From positions 13,309 to 77,308 of the forward strand of contig JBAYJR010000006.1 of the NCBI GenBank assembly GCA_041665005.1: DNA of 64,000 nt, read 5' to 3'. The DNA comes from Candidatus Buchananbacteria bacterium (GTDB lineage: Bacteria; Patescibacteriota; Patescibacteriia; 2-01-FULL-39-33; JBAYJR01). The notes under the pieces were generated by a model, which was not told where the DNA came from, searched no databases, and saw only the letters and a list, made by a program, of their open reading frames with translations. This document shows, piece after piece, positions 56,962 through 64,000 of this stretch. A program made the position numbers and the translations under genes. Positions within the stretch are counted from its first letter, which is position 1; every line of letters starts with the position of its first letter.

Positions 56962-57882
56962 TTGATTATGAAAAAAAGGATATTTTTGATGGTAACTCTA
57001 GCCGTAATGATTTTTTTGCCAACTAAAGTTTGGGGGATTACTCTGGCTCCGGCCACTTTGGAGTTAAAAGTAGCGGCTGGTCAAAGCCAGGAGTTTAAAA
57101 TTAAGTTGTTTAATGAAGAGGATAAAACCGTATTTTTACTAGCGAGTTTAAAAAAATTTGTTAGCCAGGGTACAGAGGGGTCGGCTAAAATTTTAGTCAC
57201 CACGGCGCAAGATGAATATTTAAATTGGTTTAATTTGCCGGGCCGCTATACTAAGTTAGCGCCTGGTGAAATGCAAGAAATTACTTTAAAAATTAGTATT
57301 CCGGCCAAAGCCGCACCAGCCGAATATTTTCCGGTGCTGGCCTGGCAAACTTTGACCGGAACAAATTCCGGGGATAATTTAGCAGTTTCGTCTGAGGTTG
57401 GCACCTTAATTTTTTTACAAATAACAGGCCCTAAGGAAGAAAAGTTGAGTCTACAAAATTTTTCTTTACCTACTAAGCAACAAATACTCTGGTCTTGGCC
57501 TAAAAAGTTTTTAGTGCAAGTTCAAAATGAAGGCAATATTCATCTAGTACCACAAGGGAATATTAAACTGGCTGGTTATTGGCAGAAAACCCCATTAATT
57601 TTAGCGGTTAATGAAGGTCAAGGAAAAATTTTGCCCAACAGTCAACGAGTCTATGAGGTTTTTTTGCCTCAGCGTAGTAGTTCAATGCTGGCTAGCTTAA
57701 AAAAGTTTTTAGTAATTGGTAAATATCAAGCCACTTTAAATTTAACTTATGGCGAAACGAATAAAAGTTTGACTCAGATGATTAATTTTTGGGTAATTTC
57801 TTGGCCAGCGGTCAGCTTGTTTGGGGTGTTACTAATTATTTTAGGTTATAATCTAATTAAATTTAATGCCAAAAGACAATAA
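56962..57882 (+). CDS. Secreted protein with C-terminal membrane anchor
   Basis: Signal peptide, beta-rich body, C-terminal TM 'ISWPAVSLFGVLLIILGYNLI' + KR. Confidence 0.5.
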   Translation: MIMKKRIFLMVTLAVMIFLPTKVWGITLAPATLELKVAAGQSQEFKIKLFNEEDKTVFLLASLKKFVSQGTEGSAKILVTTAQDEYLNWFNLPGRYTKLAPGEMQEITLKISIPAKAAPAEYFPVLAWQTLTGTNSGDNLAVSSEVGTLIFLQITGPKEEKLSLQNFSLPTKQQILWSWPKKFLVQVQNEGNIHLVPQGNIKLAGYWQKTPLILAVNEGQGKILPNSQRVYEVFLPQRSSSMLASLKKFLVIGKYQATLNLTYGETNKSLTQMINFWVISWPAVSLFGVLLIILGYNLIKFNAKRQ

Positions 57883-60800
57883 AATATTTTTTAGTTTAGG
57901 TTTGGTAGTAGCCGGTTTATTGGTGGCTAATTTTTTTGGTGCGGCTAGTTATTTGATTGCCGCTAATGCTAATGTCACAATTTCTGGCACGATTGAAGGT
58001 GTAACCCCGCCGCCAGATTGTTTTTTGGCCGGTACTAAAATTTTAATGACTGACGGTAGTCAAAAAGATATTGAGCAGATTAAAGTCGGGGAAAAAGTCT
58101 TGAGTAAAAATTTAACTTACGGACAATTAACTAGTAATACAGTTGAACAAACTTACACTCACCAGGATATTCGGCGCATTATTGTCATAAACCAAAAATT
58201 ATTCGTGACTGGTTGGCACCCTTTATATTTAAATGGTAGTTGGCAATTGGCCCGACTGGCAAATTTGGGTGATGAATTACAAACTGTTGATGGTGCGGTA
58301 GAAAAAATTAATTCGTTGCAAGAAATTACGGGTCCCTTTACGGTTTATAATTTAGCAGTGGCCCAAGATAATAATTATTTTGCGGAAAATATTTTAGTCC
58401 ATAATAAAGGGGGCGGCTGTACTCCAGTGGCTATTACTTGTGGCGAATGTGTTTATAGCAATAACCAGTGGACTAAAACTTGTTCAGATGGTTGTAGTAG
58501 TAACTCATTTTCTTGTAGTGCTCCAGCTCCGGTGGCAGCTTTTGTGGTGCAAGATCCGGCGACGGGTGTTGAAATTTTTCAAGGTGATGGCCCTTTAGTT
58601 TTAAATTATTTAGATCGTTCTACCAATAATCCTACGCAATGGAAATGGGAATTTTTAGATGGTAGTCGTAGCAATCATTTAATTTTTACTAGTAATCAGC
58701 AAAATTTACTCGCTTATGTTTTGTATAATACTTCGACTGCCCAAAAAACTTATACGGTTAAGTTAACAGTTAATAGTAGTTCTTGGGCGACTACACAAGT
58801 TAAGGTTTTTCCCGATGCTACCACGGTTTTTAATATAAGTAGTGACAAATTAAATAATCAAGTGGAACAATTTGATCCGGCAGATCCTAGCGACACTAAT
58901 GCGCTTGTGCAATTTAAAATGAATTATGTTTCTGGTGGGTTGCCACAGACTTATTTGTGGGATTTCGGTGATGGTCGAACTAGTACCGAAGGTTCAATTG
59001 TTACCCACTATTATTCTAATCTGGGTAGCTACTGCGTTACTTTAAAAACTTGTAATGATAAGGGCTGTACCTTTAATACTAACAAGCAATGTAGTGGCAA
59101 TAATACCGGTATTAAAATGTCGGTGGTTAAAACCATTAATTGTTCAGCCTTTTTTGATGCTACAGTAGTCGATCCTGATCCGTTGACTTTAACTTTTAAC
59201 GCTAAAAAGTCCGTGCAATTTAATAATGGTTCAGCCGGCAAAGGAATTTTAAGTTATTTATGGACTTTTACTAATCGGCAAACTGGGCAAGTTTTTACGC
59301 GCACTGACAAAGAGCCATTAATTGAGTTTGATAATCAAACAGCTGTGGCTCATAATTATAACGTTTCTTTGGTTACTACTTGCTCTGGTTATACAAAAAA
59401 TAGTACTCAAGCTCGGACGAATTATATTAATGTTAAGCCGCGGCCACCGGAAGCAGATTTTAATTGTTATATTAATGATCAAAATTCTATAACTTGTAGT
59501 GGCCTTTCGCCGTTAGTGGTGAATTTAAGAGATGCAACAACCGAAAGCACACCTAGTTCTTGGGCTTGGTCTTTTGTAGTTAATCGTACCGGACAACGAG
59601 CACCTGTTTGTGGAAGTAAAACAGTAGCTAATCCTAGCTGTACTTTTACCGGTAATCGCGGTGATATTTGGAATGCAACTTTATTAGTAAATAATGCCGC
59701 TGGTTTGCCCAGCAGTAAAATGAAGCAAATTAAAATTGGTAATCCCGAAGCACCAATACCTTGGTTTACTGTGGACAAGGCCATAGCTTATAGTGGCGAA
59801 ACTATTACTTTTACTGATAAGTCGCAAAACATTACTAACGTCCCAATTACGGGTTGGGATTGGAATTTCGATGGCTTTAATCATTCTACACAAGTTAGTG
59901 GCACTTTAACGCATGTTTACGTCGTAGATAAGCAAACCACTTTTACTCCCACCCTAACCTTAACTGATAAATTTGGTCAGAAAAATACTTTTACTATCCC
60001 CGTTGTTATTTATCCTTCAGCTCCGCCGGTGGCGCAGTTTAGTTGTCAGCCAACTAGTCCGCCGGCTTGGCCGGCCCCTAAGGCAGTTAATTTAATTGAT
60101 CAATCTACTAATAAGCCAAATTATTGGCAATGGACCATTACTTTACCGGATGGCCAAAAGGCAATTTATTACGAACAGAATCCCACGGTTACTTTAGCGC
60201 CGACGGCCGAACATTCTTATGAAGTAGCCTTAAAAGTTTGCAATAAAATTTGTTCAGATTTTGTTAATCCTCATTGTAATTGTACCGAAAGAAGCCAAGC
60301 GGGTTGTATTACAGTGGCCCCTTTGCCAGTTGTGGCCTTAAGGTTGACGCCAAATTTAATTAATCAGGGTCAGAGTGCTAGTTTGGCTTGGCAAAGTTTA
60401 AATGCCCGGGAGATTAATTTAGATCAAGGTTTAGGACAAGTTTCAACTAACGGTAGTAATTCTAATGGTAGTGTGCAAGTTAGTCCGACCAAAACCACTA
60501 CTTACACGGCTACGGCTACTAATGAAGTGGGCAGTAGTCAGGCCATGGCCACTTTAAGTGTTTCTTCTTCGGCTATGGTGACTGTTAGTATTACTGCTAC
60601 TCCAACTTTAATTAAAGCCGGGCAAACTTCCTTGTTAACTTGGAATTCACAAAATGCCCAAACTTTAAATATTGAAGGGATCGGTCCGGTTAGTGCTTCG
60701 GGTAGTGCAGAAGTTTCGCCTACCAAGACTACCACTTACACCATAACCGGCCAAGGAGAAAATGGTTTGTCCGCTAGTGCTAGTATTACGGTGGCGGTAG

Positions 60801-62344
60801 AACCAGTTTATCCACCGATTACTCCCGACCCACCAGAGTTGCCGCCAACTATTCCACCTTTTATTGAAAATTTATTACCGCCAATTGTTAATGAAGTAAT
60901 TAAAGATATTATTAACAATCCGGTGGTGGTAATGGTGCGAAAGTTTATCAGTCAGCCGGAAGTGAAACGAGTAACCAGACAGACTGTCGCGCCAATTATT
61001 GTTGCCACTTCGGCGATAGCCGTTAGTACTTCTTTTGGTTTGTTGGATTTATTATCGTTGTTGCGTTTTATTTTTACCGAACCATTTTATTTATTATTTC
61101 GTCGTCGTCGGCAAGGTTGGGGGACGGTCTACAACACTTTTACTAAACAGCCAATTGATTTGGCGGTAGTGCGTTTGTATAGCACTAAAGATAATAAATT
61201 AGTGACCAGTCGAGTGACCAATACGCGAGGGCAGTATTTAATTTTAATAGAGCCAGGAGAATATTATTTGGAAGTAACTAAACAGGATTTTGTTTTTCCG
61301 TCTAATGTTTTGTTTGGCAAAACACAAGATGAAAAATTTACTGATCTTTATACTGGCGGTAAAATTATCATCACGGCCGAACAGCCAAATATTGCCTTAA
61401 ATATTCCGCTGGATTCGCATTTGCCAGAATTATCCGACAATCAAATTATTAGACATTATCATCGACAGGCTTTACGTTTAGTATTACTATCTTTAGGGCC
61501 AATTGCCGCTGTAGTTTCTTTTGTGATTGCGCCTAGTTATTTAATGTTTAGTTTAATTTTAGTGCATTTATTCTTTTATTGGTTATTCCGCAAGCTATCT
61601 TATCGCGGGGTGCCCAAGAGTTGGGGTTCGGTGTTTGATAAGCTAAAATCCTCACCGGTGGCAACAGCGGTAACGAGAATTTATGAACCAACTTATCATC
61701 GTTTGTTAGAAGTTCAGGTAACGGATCGCCAAGGACGCTATGGCTTTTTAGCGGATAATAATATTTATTATGTTACGGCGCAAAAGGCCGGCTACAAAAC
61801 GGCGCAGTCAACCTTAGTAGATTTGCGACAAAAGGATTCTTCGGTAGTTAAGTTGGATTTACCATTAGAATTAGAAAGTGGTGGGGCTAATTTGGAAATT
61901 GAAAAACAAAAATCTATTTTGGGTTTAGCTACGGCCAAAGAATTAAACCGAGTAGAAGAAAAGGTTCACGCGGTTAAGGGGCAAGTGGATCGAGTACAGT
62001 TACGGGTTGGTAAAACGGAATTAGGTTTGGCCGGAGCCAAAAAACAATTAACCAAACAACATAAAATTTTGGAAGAGAGATTAGCGGAGCAAGAAAAAAG
62101 TATTAAAGCGGTAGAAACTAAGCCAGTTACCAAAACTATTGAAGAAAAAGTTGTGGTGACAAAGCCCGAAGCCTTACCAGAAGTAATTTTGTTGCCACCA
62201 GCCAGCCAGCCAGTTGAGTTACCAAAAAATTTGGTAGAAAATGAACCAGCAACCGAGGAAAATAATTTGTCTGGGGATAAGTCAGTCGGGGAGGAGTCAT
62301 CAGATGACCCGACCAAACAACCGCCGGAGGGTTTAGTTGGCTAA
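57866..62344 (+). CDS. Giant (1492-aa) surface protein: signal peptide, Hint (bacterial intein-like) domain, PKD/Ig-like repeats, Pro-rich linker, TM segments, two carboxypeptidase-regulatory-like domains, coiled-coil
   Basis: Hint blocks 'CFLAGTKILMTDGS', 'TGWHPL', terminal 'ILVHN' followed by Lys. Two tandem ~90-aa repeats ('...SVQVSPTKTTTYTATATNEVG' and '...AEVSPTKTTTYTITGQGENG'). 'EPVYPPITPDPPELPPTIPP'. 'VVRLYSTKDNKLVTSRVTNTRGQYLILIEPGEYYLEV'. Confidence 0.8.
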   Translation: MPKDNKIFFSLGLVVAGLLVANFFGAASYLIAANANVTISGTIEGVTPPPDCFLAGTKILMTDGSQKDIEQIKVGEKVLSKNLTYGQLTSNTVEQTYTHQDIRRIIVINQKLFVTGWHPLYLNGSWQLARLANLGDELQTVDGAVEKINSLQEITGPFTVYNLAVAQDNNYFAENILVHNKGGGCTPVAITCGECVYSNNQWTKTCSDGCSSNSFSCSAPAPVAAFVVQDPATGVEIFQGDGPLVLNYLDRSTNNPTQWKWEFLDGSRSNHLIFTSNQQNLLAYVLYNTSTAQKTYTVKLTVNSSSWATTQVKVFPDATTVFNISSDKLNNQVEQFDPADPSDTNALVQFKMNYVSGGLPQTYLWDFGDGRTSTEGSIVTHYYSNLGSYCVTLKTCNDKGCTFNTNKQCSGNNTGIKMSVVKTINCSAFFDATVVDPDPLTLTFNAKKSVQFNNGSAGKGILSYLWTFTNRQTGQVFTRTDKEPLIEFDNQTAVAHNYNVSLVTTCSGYTKNSTQARTNYINVKPRPPEADFNCYINDQNSITCSGLSPLVVNLRDATTESTPSSWAWSFVVNRTGQRAPVCGSKTVANPSCTFTGNRGDIWNATLLVNNAAGLPSSKMKQIKIGNPEAPIPWFTVDKAIAYSGETITFTDKSQNITNVPITGWDWNFDGFNHSTQVSGTLTHVYVVDKQTTFTPTLTLTDKFGQKNTFTIPVVIYPSAPPVAQFSCQPTSPPAWPAPKAVNLIDQSTNKPNYWQWTITLPDGQKAIYYEQNPTVTLAPTAEHSYEVALKVCNKICSDFVNPHCNCTERSQAGCITVAPLPVVALRLTPNLINQGQSASLAWQSLNAREINLDQGLGQVSTNGSNSNGSVQVSPTKTTTYTATATNEVGSSQAMATLSVSSSAMVTVSITATPTLIKAGQTSLLTWNSQNAQTLNIEGIGPVSASGSAEVSPTKTTTYTITGQGENGLSASASITVAVEPVYPPITPDPPELPPTIPPFIENLLPPIVNEVIKDIINNPVVVMVRKFISQPEVKRVTRQTVAPIIVATSAIAVSTSFGLLDLLSLLRFIFTEPFYLLFRRRRQGWGTVYNTFTKQPIDLAVVRLYSTKDNKLVTSRVTNTRGQYLILIEPGEYYLEVTKQDFVFPSNVLFGKTQDEKFTDLYTGGKIIITAEQPNIALNIPLDSHLPELSDNQIIRHYHRQALRLVLLSLGPIAAVVSFVIAPSYLMFSLILVHLFFYWLFRKLSYRGVPKSWGSVFDKLKSSPVATAVTRIYEPTYHRLLEVQVTDRQGRYGFLADNNIYYVTAQKAGYKTAQSTLVDLRQKDSSVVKLDLPLELESGGANLEIEKQKSILGLATAKELNRVEEKVHAVKGQVDRVQLRVGKTELGLAGAKKQLTKQHKILEERLAEQEKSIKAVETKPVTKTIEEKVVVTKPEALPEVILLPPASQPVELPKNLVENEPATEENNLSGDKSVGEESSDDPTKQPPEGLVG

Positions 62345-62374
62345 AGTTAGATTAAATTATAAATAAAAATAGCT

Positions 62375-62400
62375 AGTTAGCTATTTTTATTTTGTCCAAA
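62375..62400 (+). terminator. Intrinsic terminator
   Basis: 'aaaatagctagttagctatttt' + tatttt. Confidence 0.5.
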
Positions 62401-62560
62401 AAATGATTTTGTTTGACTACTTGGTTTATGTTATAATATATAGCGTAAATGATTAGAATGGCCTCCAAAAATTGTGTCTAGGCTAAACCTTTGTATATGG
62501 AGGGATTTTTGGCGTGGTTAAGAGAAAAAACAAAATAAAAATCATAAAAAATTATCAGTA

Positions 62561-64000
62561 ATGAACGCTTCACAGTTCAGAATTAAAAAGTTATACACAA
62601 CTGCCATGATACTTGGTCTATTTTTGGTCGTGATTTTATTATCACAATTTTTTGATAATTCAAAGTTTGCTCAAGCGGCGGTGGGAGTGCCAAGGCTATT
62701 AAATTATCAAGGCAAAGTAGCTAATTCGGCCGGCACCGCTGTTACTGACGGCAATTATAATTTTAGATTTAGACTTTATACAGTTAGTTCTGGCGGTACG
62801 GCCGTTTGGACTGAACGTTGGACTTCAACTTCTACGGCAGTTACGCTTAATCACGGAATTTTCTCGGTCAATTTAGGAAATATCGCCACTTTAGCTAATG
62901 TGGATTTTAGTCAGGACACTTATTATTTGCAAGTAGACTTTGATTCGGATAGTAATGGCAGTTGGGATGAATCCTTTAGTCCGCGTAAACAAATAACTTC
63001 TGCCGTGTATGCCTTTAATGCCAATATTGTGACTGGTACAGCCACTACCACCGAAGCGACTTCCACCAAAGCGTATATTGCTAATGTCTTAAAAGTTGCC
63101 ACTACTACCGAAGCGGCTGGTCAAAAATTGATAGTCGGTGGTGATTCTTATTTCGGTGGTAATATTTATGTTACCGGTAATGCTACGACTAGCATTTTGC
63201 GAGTAAATTCGTTTAACTTAAACGGTGACGATATTACAGACATTACCGGTTCAGGGCTTTCAATTATTGACGGCGCTTTAACAGCTACCGGCTTTGCCCC
63301 GACGGGTTTTAGTGGCGCTTGGCAAACCTTAACCGGGAATATTTTAACGCCTACTTCTACCGGTGCCGGAATTTTAATAAATGCCGCTTCGTCAACAATT
63401 ACGCAGTTAAATGTTAATAGTGTTACTAGTACTAGCCGTTTAGTAGTTGGTTCAATCACTCCTACTACTAATGATCCTTTGTGGGTGGGGGGCAGTGCTT
63501 ATGTTTCCAGTAATCTTGGTATAGGCACAACGCCAACTGTTGGTTTAGATTTAGCAGCCGATAAATCAATTCGTCTAACGGGTGGAACTAGTTTTCCAAT
63601 CGCTCCCGCTGAAGGTCAAATATTTTTTAGAACTGATACTTATCAGCTTTATGTTTATGCAAACGGTAAATGGCAAGCTGATCGTTCTACGGCCACCAAA
63701 ATTGTGGCGGCTAATAATTCTGTAAACAAAGAAAAGGCGGATTATGTGGTTCCTGACGGGTCAACTTCTGCTCAAAATACTATTAATACTGCTTTGGCCG
63801 CGCTACCTATTGGTGGCGGCATAGTTTATTTGTCAGAAGGCACCTACGTTGTTGATGGTAGTGTTAATATTAATGCCTCCAGTACTACTTTAATGGGCAC
63901 AGGCGCTGGTACGGTTATTAAACTTAAAGATAATTTTAATAGTGCAATTAAAATTATTAAAGCTACGGGACTACTTAGCAAGGTTTTAATTAGAGATTTA
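62561..64000 (+). CDS. Partial (5' portion) large secreted protein, probable right-handed beta-helix/pectin-lyase-like fold; runs off the window end
   Basis: Open frame from ATG 62561 to the window end. Signal-anchor 'TAMILGLFLVVILL', T/S/N/G-rich beta repeats, 'DGSTSAQNTINTALAALPIGGGIVYLSEGTYVVDGSVNIN'. Confidence 0.6.
   Translation, partial: MNASQFRIKKLYTTAMILGLFLVVILLSQFFDNSKFAQAAVGVPRLLNYQGKVANSAGTAVTDGNYNFRFRLYTVSSGGTAVWTERWTSTSTAVTLNHGIFSVNLGNIATLANVDFSQDTYYLQVDFDSDSNGSWDESFSPRKQITSAVYAFNANIVTGTATTTEATSTKAYIANVLKVATTTEAAGQKLIVGGDSYFGGNIYVTGNATTSILRVNSFNLNGDDITDITGSGLSIIDGALTATGFAPTGFSGAWQTLTGNILTPTSTGAGILINAASSTITQLNVNSVTSTSRLVVGSITPTTNDPLWVGGSAYVSSNLGIGTTPTVGLDLAADKSIRLTGGTSFPIAPAEGQIFFRTDTYQLYVYANGKWQADRSTATKIVAANNSVNKEKADYVVPDGSTSAQNTINTALAALPIGGGIVYLSEGTYVVDGSVNINASSTTLMGTGAGTVIKLKDNFNSAIKIIKATGLLSKVLIRDL

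Noticed and set aside
1-64000. CRISPR arrays, rRNA genes, transposase/integrase genes, prophage structural genes.
   Set aside because: Scanned for regularly spaced direct repeats, rRNA-like conserved stretches and DDE/tyrosine-recombinase motifs. None found in this window.

Overview
This 64 kb window comes from a low-GC (about 36%) genome with small, tightly packed genes and giant surface proteins, most likely a reduced-genome bacterium of the Candidate Phyla Radiation/Patescibacteria type (inference from gene content; no search was run).

The backbone is housekeeping: rpsA; a four-gene hisE-hisG-hisI-hisA block; argS, ileS and ruvA; tmk and a Mur ligase; rpoB-rpoC; ftsK, a rodZ-like gene and recA; efp and the rpsF-ssb-rpsR operon; an ABC-F ATPase and ychF. 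There are four tRNA genes (Arg-CCG on the + strand; a Gly-like tRNA with an interrupted anticodon loop, Glu-UUC and Cys-GCA on the - strand).

Accessory content includes:
- a lipid-handling cluster (RNHCP protein, patatin, acyl-CoA ligase, PlsC, HAD hydrolase, orphan histidine kinase);
- a copper-homeostasis island (CsoR, a membrane cupredoxin protein, CopZ, CopA, plus a CPHC thioredoxin-like protein and a CPIC membrane protein) with a CsoR-type operator;
- a GNAT acetyltransferase next to a Qnr-like pentapeptide-repeat protein;
- a surface-protein locus whose 1492-aa member carries an N-terminal Hint (bacterial intein-like) domain.

The most unusual signal is a three-member paralogous family of unknown function (tandem 24326-25399 and 25455-26537 on +, plus an inverted copy at 51969-53018 on -). 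The 5' ends of the tandem pair are nearly identical at nucleotide level, codon usage is C-rich, and the last ~34 codons are hypervariable. The third copy sits beside a ~50% GC island holding an unrecognised 291-aa protein and a cluster of short repeats (a 'gtcattcc...ggaatc' hairpin in four copies, a ~115-nt repeat in two copies, a GC-rich 'cttgccccgcgtagcggggacccggggtgg' hairpin in two copies).

All calls rest on reading the sequence and the supplied ORF track (which evidently allows TTG/GTG starts).
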